From assembly GCA_026914245.1 (NCBI GenBank), contig CP110439.1, forward strand, positions 7,006,001 to 7,070,000: a stretch of 64,000 nucleotides of DNA, written 5' to 3'. Positions 13,538 through 24,668 of the stretch are shown one piece after another. A program made the position numbers and the translations under genes. Below the pieces are notes generated by a model. It made no database searches and had not been told where the DNA came from. It saw nothing but the letters and a program-made list of their open reading frames with translations. Source of the DNA: Puccinia triticina (lineage: Eukaryota). Each line of letters starts with the position of its first letter. Position 1 is the stretch's first letter.

Positions 13538-14724
13538 ATCTCAACTGCTAACAGTTTCTAGAGTTTATCTTGTAGTGGATCATAAGCTGTTATTTTGGCT
13601 GGAATGCGGCCTTCAACCATTTATGTACACCTCTGGAGTCCCTCCATGAGGAAACCACTTGGAGTCCACAAGGACTCCATGTGGTACCCGTGTGCGAGGC
13701 CGGACCAGCGGCTTGCGGTCTAGGGAAACACAGGCCCCCACTGGGAAGGACCATGTGGGCACCTTGTGATGGCCCCAAGGATTCCACGGATATTTAAAGA
13801 TATGTACCCGTGGAATCCATGTCGACCATATAGCCAGGCCTTCAAAATGCAGTGGGAGAACAGCCTGTTAAAAACTTTCATTTGTGGGGCTCAAACTCAC
13901 AACAGGATGGAGAGCCTGGATGTGAAACAGTGCAACACAACTCAGCCATTTCCCATTGTTACCCTTTGCTTCTTTACACTACATCATTGTAAGAGCCCAA
14001 GATGCGGGGCTCTTCACTGACTGGGAAGACTGGGGCAGACAGACGGGAAAGTGGTACAGGAAAAGGGCTCTGCCTTGGAGGGAGTTCTAGAACTTATACT
14101 GTTGCTTTGAATTGCTAGCTCAGAGGGAGTAGTCAGTACAGCCCTACTATATAAAAATGATGATAAGAGGAAAGAAAACAGAAGAAGAAGGAGAGTGCTC
14201 ACCTAGCTCAGGGGTAGTATTCAGTACATCCCTACTAAGCTAGGGGGGTGTGGCTGGTCAAGGTCTGAGAATCCTGTTGGAGGTGGATCTGTGATTTCTC
14301 TGTGACTGTTCTTGTGAGCTCAAGGGGGGAAGGCTCACAATCAACCCCCCAAACAATGGTTTGCAATTGGTTTTTTTGTTAAGTTTTTTTTTTTCCTCCC
14401 TTCAAAATCAAGTTTTCCTGGACTTTCAAAACCTCAGGACCAGCCTGAGCTGGTCCTGGCTGGAAGTAATTAAAACAAAAGAAAATGCCGCCAAACCAAT
14501 GTGAGAAACAAGCTGATGTGGTCTCCATGCGTGCCAGGAAGGCACATTGTGGAACCAACGGGGAAAAGTGTGAAGCCCATTGGTTCCACGTGGAAAAAAA
14601 TTGTTTTGTGGAACCAACGAGCTTACCAAGGGGTTACTGAGCCAATCCTTGTTGGCTGGATTAACCTCCTGTTTTTGGTTCCACAAACAGGCAGGGCAGG
14701 AAGTACCCCCGCCATGTACATTTA

Positions 14725-14870
14725 TGGTGTTCAAAGTTGGTTTGCATAATTTTATGCATGCATAAATCATAAAATCATAAAAAAGAAAATTAAAGGGGAT
14801 ATGACTGTCTGATTATGTAATACAAAATTTCCTCACCAAAATATTTTCATGATTTTATGTTTGAACACCA
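14725..14870. mobile_element. Small MITE flanked by TA
   Basis: ta|tggtgttcaaa ... tttgaacacca|ta. Confidence 0.65.
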
Positions 14871-15412
14871 TAATTGAAATCTCCTGGCCAAAACTTGATT
14901 TATTTTTGATGTAATTTTGGGCACCATTATAGTAATACAACTTGGATACACTGGAATCAGGCTGAATTGTCTTGATGGGGGATCAACATTTCCTACATGA
15001 TTCATGTGTCTGAAACCTGTGCCTAAATATAAACTTGAAAATCACCTACACAAGTATTTGCATGTTGACATAAACTGACTAAGGGCTGTTGGTTTAAGCT
15101 TTATTACTTGGAAATCTCCCAAGCTAAATTTGGTGTAAGATTTTATGTAGCAAGAATTGTATCTCACAATAATACAACTTCCAATCAAATTTGCAGTACT
15201 CACAGATGCTGATTACACAGTAAAAATTTCATTTTGAAAGGGAAACCAAGCTATCACAGCTCTAATCAGGATCTTTGTGGTTTCCATATGTTGACAAGAA
15301 ATCCACCATTTCCAGCCTTGGAAATTCACTAGCTCAGATAAAAATTGAACTATTTAAAGGGTGTCTTCAGAACTCTCTGCCTGCTAACTCACTTGATAAA
15401 TAGATACCAAAA

Positions 15413-17473
15413 ATGAGGAACTACCAAATTATTACTTTTTTCAGGATGTTTCTGTCCTGCAATGCAATGCATGACTCTCTTCCTGATTCACTTTCTGAAA
15501 TTAATCCATGCAGTCAAGTAATGCAGCACCAACTTCTGAATCCCTCAAGTGGAAGCACTCCCCTTTCATTAAGTCTCTCAATCACCCCTGCAAAAAACAA
15601 TAATGAATGGTCAAACTATATATCTCACACCCCACCAGCTCTGATGAATTTGAGAAATGAAAATACCATTTCCTCACTAGAAGAGCTAAAAAACACCGGC
15701 CAAGAGTTACAACTCACTTCAAGTTCAAATGGTCAATTCCAGGCTCAAAAATGCCACTCTGTCCCAACAGCTCCTGATCCTTTGCACCAACAAGATTATC
15801 AATGGTTTTCTTCTGCAACTTTGACCTATCAACCTGGTTGGGGTACTCCAAATTCAAGTCACCATACTAGTGGAAAATATCAGAGTGAATCATCTAGTAT
15901 TCATGATATTTCTGATGATTATCTTCCATTTCAGAATTTGGCCATGGGAACGACCAAAGGTTTACCCTTTTCTGAGGCTTCCAAATCAAAACATGAACCC
16001 AAAAAATCAATCAAGACAATAGATTTCTTTGGAAAATCTTTGGGACCCCCACAAACAGAACCAAAATGCATACATGAACTTGAAATTAACAGTGCACATT
16101 CCTACTCTAACAGTAAATCTAAATTAAAGAGGCCTGTAATGCAAGAATCAAATGTAGATTCAGAAGCAGTTAATGAATACAAAAGGGCAAAATTAGGTAG
16201 CAATTTGCCAAAATCCAGTCTAAAAACTGAAATTGACCACCAGCCTGAAAGAATTGGCTTATCAAACAAAGATCCACAAGAAATATCTCTCAAGGCTGAG
16301 CCCTCAATCCATCCCAATCAAGAATCCATAGAAAGAGTTGTTTTGCCTCCAAAAGGCATGATTCCTAGAATTGGGTTTGAAGAAAGTCTGGCCAATAGAA
16401 GAACTGAAGCTTCCCAGTCCCATGAAATGGTTTTGGCAGGTCAACATAAAGAATTTGTAAAAATGGATGCAGAGCCCTCAATCATAAACTTAGATTTTGA
16501 TCTAAATGCAATCAAGGTTAAACATGGATCAAAATATGTCAGAGAGAGATTGGAATATTGTTTTCAATCACTCATACCACATGGAGGAAAAAATATCAAT
16601 GTGAAAATTGAAGAAGCCCACAAAGTTTTTACTGACATGAATTCAGCTTACTATTTTGGGAAGGATACTTGCAGTAGTTCCTCCAGATCTCTTATCAAAA
16701 AAATGCTTCGTAAACTAAAGTCCAATCAACACCAATGGTTTAAATTTTGGGAAAGAAGAACTGAAACCAAACTTGAAGATGAAATGGAACACATCCACGG
16801 AAATGAAAAGAGTTTACTTCTGTACTGTTTGTTCTTTGTTGATATGATAAATACTATCATTCCACCATCTGTTGAGAAAGCTTGCCCATTGAATCAGAAT
16901 GAGAAAGTATTAATGAAAGCAAATTTGTTCAAAGAAGCAATAAGGATATTTAAAGATTTCAAGATCAATTCATCAAGTTACAAATTGGAGAGAATAAAAG
17001 AGTGTGTATATTTTTGGGATACAGCTTCCCACTTGATGTGGAATTACCTCTATTACTGGATTAAAAAATCAGAAGAAAGAAAAGATTTGTATGATGTTGC
17101 TTTCCACTCAACAGGCAAAGAAAGTCAAAACTTCACAAAATTCTTCAACACAGTTTTTAAATTTTCTGCAGAAGAATTGAACAAGAGATTGACAAAATCT
17201 TGGGAATCCCCACAGGCAGAACTCACATCCATCCAAGACCTTACAAGTAACTGTGCACATTATTCCTCTCATGGTAATTCTAAATCAAAGAGGCCTATAA
17301 TGAAACAATCCAATGTACCTATAGAATCAGTTCATGAATACAAGAGGGCAAAGTTAAGTAGGAATCCTCCAAAATACATTGTGAAAACCCAAATTGACCA
17401 CCAGCCTGAAATAATTGGTTCATCAAATAAAGATCCAGAAGACAGATCTTTGGAAGATGAGCTTTCAATCTAA
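15413..17473 (+). CDS. 686-aa putative secreted protein of a rust-type family
   Basis: Intronless ORF; hydrophobic N-terminus (IITFFRMFLSCNA); low-complexity middle; helical domain with WFKFWE, LLYCLFFVDMINTIIP and FFNTVFKFSAEELNKRLT. Confidence 0.75.
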   Translation: MRNYQIITFFRMFLSCNAMHDSLPDSLSEINPCSQVMQHQLLNPSSGSTPLSLSLSITPAKNNNEWSNYISHTPPALMNLRNENTISSLEELKNTGQELQLTSSSNGQFQAQKCHSVPTAPDPLHQQDYQWFSSATLTYQPGWGTPNSSHHTSGKYQSESSSIHDISDDYLPFQNLAMGTTKGLPFSEASKSKHEPKKSIKTIDFFGKSLGPPQTEPKCIHELEINSAHSYSNSKSKLKRPVMQESNVDSEAVNEYKRAKLGSNLPKSSLKTEIDHQPERIGLSNKDPQEISLKAEPSIHPNQESIERVVLPPKGMIPRIGFEESLANRRTEASQSHEMVLAGQHKEFVKMDAEPSIINLDFDLNAIKVKHGSKYVRERLEYCFQSLIPHGGKNINVKIEEAHKVFTDMNSAYYFGKDTCSSSSRSLIKKMLRKLKSNQHQWFKFWERRTETKLEDEMEHIHGNEKSLLLYCLFFVDMINTIIPPSVEKACPLNQNEKVLMKANLFKEAIRIFKDFKINSSSYKLERIKECVYFWDTASHLMWNYLYYWIKKSEERKDLYDVAFHSTGKESQNFTKFFNTVFKFSAEELNKRLTKSWESPQAELTSIQDLTSNCAHYSSHGNSKSKRPIMKQSNVPIESVHEYKRAKLSRNPPKYIVKTQIDHQPEIIGSSNKDPEDRSLEDELSI

Positions 17474-18429
17474 TACATCAAAGATGAGCCCTCAATCCAT
17501 CACAATCAAGAATCAAAAGGAGTTGTTTTGCATCAGAAAGGCATTATTCCTGGAGTTGGTTTTGAAAAAAGTATAGCCAGTATCAAAAATGAGGCCTCCC
17601 AATCACACAAAATCAGTTTGGCAGGTCAACATAGAGAATTTGTAAATCCACACCACTTGGAGGCAGAGCCCAAAATACAAACCTTGGATTTTGACCTAAC
17701 TACACTTAATTTCCAACACTCATCTCCAGATGTCAAAGAGGGATTTGTAAAGCTAAATCAATGATCCCATGCAATGGTCAAAACATCAATTTAAAAATTC
17801 AAGATGCACAGTATATTTTTACTGAAATGAATTCAATTTACAAGATGGGAAAGGCTACTTCTAGAAGTTCCTCCAACTCTCTCATTAAGAAAATGCTCCA
17901 TGAAATAAAATATAATCAATACCAATGGTTTAAATTTTGGGAAAGAATAACTGAAATAAAAATTGAAGATGAAATTGAATTCAAACATGGAAATGAAAAG
18001 ATTTTACTTCTGTACTGTTTATTCTTTGTTGATATGATAGATACCATTATTCCACCATCTGTTGAGCAAAGTAACCCATTAAATTCAGATGAGAAATCAT
18101 TGATGAAAGCAAAGTTGTTCAAAGAAGCAATAAGTACATATAAAGATTTCCAAATGAACCCATCAAATTATCAATCTGATAAATTGAAAAATACAAGATA
18201 TTTTCAAGATAGAGCTGCCAACTTGATTTGGCTTTACCTCCATTACTGGATTAGCCACTCAAAAGAAAGAAAAGATTTGTATTATATTGCATTCCACCCA
18301 AAAACACAGAAAGAAAATCATAGCTTTAAAAAATTCTTTAACACAGTTTTCAAATTTTCTGCCGCAGAATTGAACAAGAGATTGACAGAAAGTCCATCAT
18401 CTTCCCACATATTATCCAAAAAAATATAG
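17474..18429 (+). pseudogene. Disrupted second copy of the C-terminal domain of the preceding gene
   Basis: Continues in frame after TAA 17471-17473, frameshifts near 17760, then repeats WFKFWE, LLYCLFFVDMIDTIIPPS and FFNTVFKFSAAELNKRLT. Confidence 0.8.
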
Positions 18430-19865
18430 GCTTCTTTTATTTTTTTCAATTCATCTGAAATTTAGCCAATCCTTCTCATTAGTGCCATGGAAGCATGTTG
18501 TTGTGACTAAAAACCTTGTCCTCCATTGCTCCACCCCAACCTCCTCTTGTCTCCAGATACTCCAAATGTGGAGTTTGTCCACCCCACACTCCAACACCCC
18601 CCCTCAAACTCCACACCTCTACATACATAATTGATGAGATTGAGATAGGAAACAGGCAAAAGAAAATAAAAAAACGGGTGTGATTGAAGGAAAACAAAAG
18701 GAAACAACAATAAAAAATTAGTCATCTGAAAATCTTTTTCATGGAAATAGAGTGGAGGTTTGCTCAAAGAGGCTTAGTGAAGAAATTGGCGATGTTGTCG
18801 GAAGTTGATACCCATTTGAGTTTGACGTTGTGTTTGCGGACTGCATCGTTGACAAAAAAGAAGTTTCTCTCCAAACTCTTCATCCTTCCTTTTGAAGCAT
18901 TGTCGTCAGATACTAGAACCGCCGCGCAATTGTCGCATTTGAGAATTAAATCCGGTTTGATGTCAAGAGAACGGACAATCGGTAAGAGAAAGAGAAGAAA
19001 ATCCATTGCAGATCCAATCAAAATGAACTTCGTAGCGCATGTCGAAGTTGCCACAACCTTCTGTTGTCTAGAACCCCACGCAATGGGACTTCCTAGAAAT
19101 GTAATTACAAAACCTGATGTCAAACGCTGATATTCGCCTCCCCAACTTGCATTGGACCATGTAATCAAACGATCGTCCGTACATTCCAATTTCAAACGCT
19201 TGTCCTTTGTCGTTGCCAAATATTGAACCAAATGTTTGAGGCCGTTCCAATGGGAGTCATCCGGGTTCGAGCTGAACCGCGCGAGATAGTTCACTGCGTA
19301 GCTTAAGTCTGGTCTTGATCCAAGAGCAATGTAATTCAACAAGCCAATTAGGGATTGATACAGCGTTGCATTCACCGGCTCTTTGTTAGAAGTTGTTAAA
19401 TTGTTATCCACGAGGGGTGTGTATGTCGGTATGATGTTTGGTTGAACCATTTCTTTAAACTTCGCGACCGTTTGATCCGTCAGAAGGGGTTGACCCAGAA
19501 AAATAGTGTTGTCTTCGTAATCCAATTTGATGCCAACCAGTTTATCTGGTTTGTTGTCCCATTTCACGCAAAGGTTTTTCTCCATGTTGTTACGTAACAG
19601 GTCAAGAGCTGATGAATCATTGCTGAACACTATCCCGTCGTTGACATGAATCCACACCAGGAAAAATTTCAGGTCAAATGGGGGCAGGTGACGTGAAGGC
19701 ATCTCCAGTTCAGTCTCCATTCCAACTCCACTCGGCCCACCACTTGTACTGCTCATGCAATGAGCTTGTTTCATGTTCAGCTAGTCTGCTCACCTCCATG
19801 TAGGTACTTGGTTAGCACAGCTCATCAACACATCAGGCCATATTATGCTCAGAACATGTACATAC

Positions 19866-20077
19866 ATGTATGTATGTATGTATGTATGTATGTATGTATG
19901 TATGTATGTATGTATGTATGTATGTATGTATGTATGTATGTATGTATGTATGTATGTATGTATGTATGTATGTATGTATGTATGTATGTATGTATGTATG
20001 TATGTATGTATGTATGTATGTATGTATGTATGTATGTATGTATGTATGTATGTATGTATGTATGTATGTATGTATGT
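19866..20077. repeat. (TATG)n microsatellite, about 53 copies
   Basis: Perfect tetranucleotide run. Confidence 0.98.
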
Positions 20078-20221
20078 GCATACATATATACAAATGAGCT
20101 GGGCTTTCCCCTTCTCTGGTCATCCAGCTGGGGCTTCCCTTCACTAGATGGCACAGCTCCTGCTTCCAATGATACAGGGGCCTTGGGGTGGACTTGGCCA
20201 AGCCCTTGCATCGAGAAGGAC

Positions 20222-20810
20222 AACACAGGGCCGGTGTGTATGGGCCATCAAGCAGAGGCAAGCCCCTGCTGAATTGCCAGTGTGTATGGGCCATTGAGCA
20301 GAGGGAAGCCCCTGATTGATGGCCGGTATGTATGGGCCATCGAGCAGAGCGAAGCCCCTGCTCAATGGCCGGTGTGTATGGGCCATTGAGCAGAGGGAAG
20401 CCCCTGCTCGATGGCCGGTGTGTATGGGCCATCGAGCAGAGGCAAGCCCCTGCTTGATGGCCGGTGTGTATGGGCCATTGAGCAGAGGCAAGCCCCTGCT
20501 TGATGGCCGGTGTGTATGGGCCATTGAGCAGAGGCAAGCCCCTGCTTGATGGCCGGTGTGTATGGGCCATCAAGCAGAGGCAAGCCCCTGCTCAATGGCC
20601 AGTGTGTATGGGCCATTGAGCAGAGGCAAGCCCCTGCTTGATGGCCGGTATGTATGGGCCATTGAGCAGAGCAAAGCCCCTGCTCGATGGCCGGTGTGTA
20701 TGGGCCATTGAGCAGAGGCAAGCCTCCCTGGATCACTGGATGGTGGACATGTTTACCGGTCATCAAGCAAAGCCCCGCTGGATGGCCAGTATGTACGGGC
20801 CATTGAGTGG
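20222..20810. repeat. 46-bp double-hairpin tandem array 2 (about 12 units)
   Basis: unit ggccatygagcagagg-caagc-ccctgctyratggcc-ggtgtgtatg. Confidence 0.93.
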
Positions 20811-22652
20811 TGTCAATGGCAATGGCCAGCCACACAATAACCATAGTCAAGAGAGATCTGTCTCAAGGTGTAAATGCATATCCTTGCAACTGAAGCTGAA
20901 CAAAAGTCTGAACTCCAACTTTTGAGCTCAGGAGTTCAGCAATGTTGGTGGATGAGCTGACTCAATCTTACTCACCAGTGCGCAAATGAGTAAAACAAAA
21001 TGTTGCACAGAGTCATGCTGAAATGCGGCAGAGTCTCAGCCTGTGTTCCTTCATGTCACCTGCCCCCAGTTGACATGAATTTTTTCCTGGTGCCAGATGA
21101 TGATGATTGAATCGCCTTTCCTGTATCTGTAAAGACATTCCTCCACCTCATTGCAATCAAATCCCCATCCTTGTAACAAACCTTTGAAGTGTTTCCACCA
21201 GCACCTACTGGCCTGGCGTGTACCATAAAGCGCCTTCTTGAGTTTCAGGACTTTGCCCGCAAGTTGAGAAAAAAGTTTGACCGGTGGATTGACGTAGATT
21301 GTCTCATCAATGGGGCTATGTACAAAAGCTCCCGTGATGTTGAATGAATTGATCTTCCAGTTCTTCTTGATGGCAAGAGTAATAAGGAGCCTGAGTGTCG
21401 TGAGTGAAGCTGTAGGCGCGAATGTCAATTTGACGTCTCGGCCGAGTCTCTGTTTGAAACCCCTGACCACAAATTGTGCTTTCAGCTTTTCGATTGCACC
21501 GTCTGATTTGCGCTTGATGTCGAAAACAAAACGTGTACCAATGGAGTGTTTCCGTTCCTTGTCTTCAATGTCGAAAGTGTTGATCTCCACTAGTTGATCC
21601 CATTCAGATATACAAGCAGCTCGCCAGCGATTGCTTGCAGGACCTTGTAGGGCTTGACGTAGATTGACCGGAATGTCCGCATCGGAGATTGCTTGTATCT
21701 CGTCAATCTGATTGTCTTGAGCATCACATATTTCTTTGGTCTGCTCTTGGCCAAGGACAAGGGTCCTACAAACAGAAGAAGTGTTGGGGGATTGTTCTGG
21801 TGTATTGATCAGCGGCTTTCCCTGATATTCGAGAAACTCAGCACACTCTGAGTTTATGACCCTCTTTGTCTCCGGGTTCCAAAAGAACCAACCCCGTTCG
21901 TCGTCCTGGTACCCCACCAAGAATCCCGTCCAGCCCCGCAAGTCCATCTTGCGCCTACGTTCCTTGGGGATATGTACACAAGCTTTGGTCCCAAACGGAT
22001 AGAACAAATCCGCCGAGGGCTTTCTGTCCGACCACAGCTCTAATGGACTGGTTTTGCAGCGAGAGTTGAATAGTCTGTTGATCAAGAAACACGCACACCT
22101 GTACGCGTAAGACCATAGCGACGCAGGTAGTTGAGAATGTTTCAGAGTTGTCCGAGCAATGTCGCCCAAGGTGCGGTTTAGCCGTTCCGCCTCTCCATTC
22201 TGCTCGGGTGTGTAAGGCGAAGTAAAAATAATCGACGTTCCGACCGATGATAGATAATCAAGGAAAGATTTAGTCGTGTACTCTTTTGCATTGTCGCAAT
22301 GAATATGTTTTGGAGCCGATTTGAAATGTGAAATGATCTTTCTTATGAGAGAAATTATAATGGTAGGAAATTTGGCCCGAGATTTCATAGGAAAAACAAA
22401 AGAAAATGTCGTTGAGTGATCTCTGATAGTCAAGAGGAAACGGTTCCCGTGTATGTCTGGGTCAAGCGGTCCAAGAACATCCGTAACCAAAAGATCGCAG
22501 ATGAATGGCGTCCAGGTCTTGAGATCAAAAGTTGGAACAAATCGCTTGAGGAAATCTTTGACGACTGCATCCGAGACATGCCCCAGACGACAGTGCCAGT
22601 CGAAAGACGGTGATGATAAGAGAACAGGTGAAATATTTCTGACCGTTGGGAA

Positions 22653-24596
22653 TCAAGAATGGAAAGAATTGGGAAAAAGTATCCAAGACCGGTTGCGATA
22701 ATAAGCCGTGATAGTCAAGAAAGATGAGTTCAGCTGGATATCGTTATTTGGAAGGAAAATCGGCGTGAAACCCAAGTCAATGAGTTGTCCCAGGCTAAGA
22801 AGAGTGCCTGTCATGTCTGGGCTGTAGAGAACCCGCGGGACCGCTAGGATACCATCCCCATTGGTTATCTTGAGGTGCCCACTATGTGTTGCCATCATGT
22901 ATCCTGCCAAAGACGCAAGATTCAGTCTCATGAGAGGTTGCAAAGCTTTCAAGAAAGAAAAATTATGGAGAGATCGGCTCACGTGGTGGGTCGCCCCAGA
23001 ATCCAAAACCGTGCCTGCGCCGGCGGCACCCGTCGCATCCGCGCCCACCGTTGATTGAACCGCCACGTCTTGATCAGATCTGATGGGCGGGTTGTTCGGG
23101 GGTGCAGCCTGGCGGGCGAAACCGGAAGCGGGGCAACCTGTTGTTGTGGTGTCCGGTGGCGGCAGGTTGGCATCCCTGCGGAGAGTCAGACAGCTTGATC
23201 TCCAATGCCCCGGAACGCCACAATAGACGCAAGGATTCGCGTTGAGCATGTTGGTGTCGGTGGGGCCGCGATTGCCTTTCTGGATGTTTCCGATTGCCGC
23301 TGCGATGTCTTCAACTGTAGGATGTCCTGGTCTTCCGACATTTTGAGGACAAGGTCGTGTTGCTGCGGAGTTCGATTGTGGGTTTTGACCCGGTCGTTGA
23401 AAAAGTCCTTGGCGTTGAGTTGTCGAACCCTGTCCTTGGGCTCCCCACTGATTGGCTGGTTGTTGTTGATTAGGCCAAGTGCGAAAGACTGTTGGATTAG
23501 CGGGGGAAAGTGAATCGAACCGTATAGCCTCTCCATACGCCGAGGTGATGATTGTCTGGATGTCGCGAGCCGTGACGTCTTTTCTATCACCAAGCTGTAA
23601 AGAAATGTTTTGAAATAGCTGAGACCAAGACATGGATGGTGGAGGTGGAACAATTGACTGGAGTACAAGGCTTTTAACAAGGGCCGGCAAGCCGGCGCCA
23701 ACTTTCTGAAGGTTGGAAAAAATGTTGAATAACTTGTTGAACAAACCTGGAAGCTGGGACGGTTTGGTTGATGGGCCGGACATACAAAGTTTGAGTAGCT
23801 TGTCCATAAGCTCCATTTGACGAAATCGGACTGTGCCTTGAAAGTTGGTTTGGACGGCTTCGAACGCCGCGGTTCCCGTTGTATGACAATTGACCAAGGA
23901 TGCAAGTTCATCATGTACAGTGATCTGGATGAGGAATAGGAGACAAGTGTTTTCCTGCGTCAAAATTCTTGTGTAATTCTCCGGATTATCAAAAAAGTTC
24001 GCATGGCCGAGCGTTAAAAGGATAACCCGTGTAAGAGCCCGTTTCCACTTGCCGAAATTTGACCCGTCAGCTGCCAGTTGTTCAATTTTGGACTTGTACA
24101 CACTAGGCTGCTGTAAAAACTTGTTCCTGGGTGAAATCTTGGTCTGGTTGTTCTGTGACATGAAGGGAATGGGCGATGTGGGAGTTGATAAGTATTCTAA
24201 CGTGGACGCTGATGCCTCTGATAGAGAATTGGGGGAAGTGCTTTGTATTAAGTTTGTTCTAGGTCGATATTCAGGAGTCGGAATGATCGCTGTGATTGGT
24301 AATCCTAGCGGATAGACGACGATGCGCCTATCAGACAATAATGATTTTGATGTCGATGTGCCTTTGTCAATATGTCTGGTTATAACTTTAGAGAAGATGT
24401 AGGAAACAGTCGAGATGAATGGGGAAGGGGGACGGTCGTGATCAAGAGGATCAGTTCTCTCTTTGATCGAGGATGGAGGTAAAGGGGGTAGTTTGAGGAG
24501 TTCCTTGTATGCCTTCGTCTGTTTCGGATGCTTTGCTCTTGTTGGTGGAGGTAACGGTCCCGCTAGTTCAGGTCGATCACTTCGAGCTGTCACCAT
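22653..24596 (-). CDS. Copia gag-protease portion
   Basis: Zinc knuckle CVYCGVPGHWRSSC; aspartic protease VLDSGATHH; ends at a premature stop. Confidence 0.9.
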   Translation of the reverse strand: MVTARSDRPELAGPLPPPTRAKHPKQTKAYKELLKLPPLPPSSIKERTDPLDHDRPPSPFISTVSYIFSKVITRHIDKGTSTSKSLLSDRRIVVYPLGLPITAIIPTPEYRPRTNLIQSTSPNSLSEASASTLEYLSTPTSPIPFMSQNNQTKISPRNKFLQQPSVYKSKIEQLAADGSNFGKWKRALTRVILLTLGHANFFDNPENYTRILTQENTCLLFLIQITVHDELASLVNCHTTGTAAFEAVQTNFQGTVRFRQMELMDKLLKLCMSGPSTKPSQLPGLFNKLFNIFSNLQKVGAGLPALVKSLVLQSIVPPPPSMSWSQLFQNISLQLGDRKDVTARDIQTIITSAYGEAIRFDSLSPANPTVFRTWPNQQQPANQWGAQGQGSTTQRQGLFQRPGQNPQSNSAATRPCPQNVGRPGHPTVEDIAAAIGNIQKGNRGPTDTNMLNANPCVYCGVPGHWRSSCLTLRRDANLPPPDTTTTGCPASGFARQAAPPNNPPIRSDQDVAVQSTVGADATGAAGAGTVLDSGATHHVSRSLHNFSFLKALQPLMRLNLASLAGYMMATHSGHLKITNGDGILAVPRVLYSPDMTGTLLSLGQLIDLGFTPIFLPNNDIQLNSSFLTITAYYRNRSWILFPNSFHS

Positions 24597-24631
24597 AAAC
24601 CAAATATTAAGCCGCCAAAAGTGGTGTCAAT

Positions 24632-24668
24632 GGCTAGCGTCTTGTTGGTAGAACGAGGACTCTTAATC
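24632..24668 (-). promoter_or_regulatory. Primer-binding site complementary to the 5' half of tRNA-Lys(CUU)
   Basis: Plus strand ggctagc..gttggtagaacgaggactcttaatc abuts the 5' LTR and resembles the eukaryotic tRNA-Lys D arm and anticodon arm (GCTAGCTCAGTCGGTAGAGCATGAGACTCTTAATC, from memory). Confidence 0.7.

Larger units (their letters stand above)
11646..13577. mobile_element. Non-autonomous CACTA element interrupted by a hAT MITE
   Basis: cactacaagaaaaa at 11646 and tttatcttgtagtg ending 13577; TSD not recognisable. Confidence 0.6.
19655..21092. mobile_element. Non-autonomous CMC/CACTA-type element inserted in the Copia RT motif
   Basis: about 45-bp TIR caccaggaaaaa(t/a)ttca(g/t)gtcaa(a/c)tgggggcaggtgac(g/a)tgaagg; 3-bp TSD cca (19652-19654, 21093-21095); removal restores WIHVNDG. 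Confidence 0.9.
18764..22652 (-). pseudogene. Copia integrase, RT and RNase H, split by a DNA-transposon insertion
   Basis: IN DVLGP..CDNAKEY..EQNGEAERLN; RT LKKALYGTRQASRCW, IIIW|IHVNDG rejoined across 19655-21092; RH WSNASWG..CDN..DNIANFFTKPL; several catalytic D residues read N. Confidence 0.92.

Noticed and set aside
19760..20925. MYVC/HTYI and GPYTPAI ORFs
   Set aside because: Translations of the TATG microsatellite and array 2
24632..24668. tRNA-Lys gene
   Set aside because: Only the 5' half; no T arm; abuts an LTR, so read as a PBS
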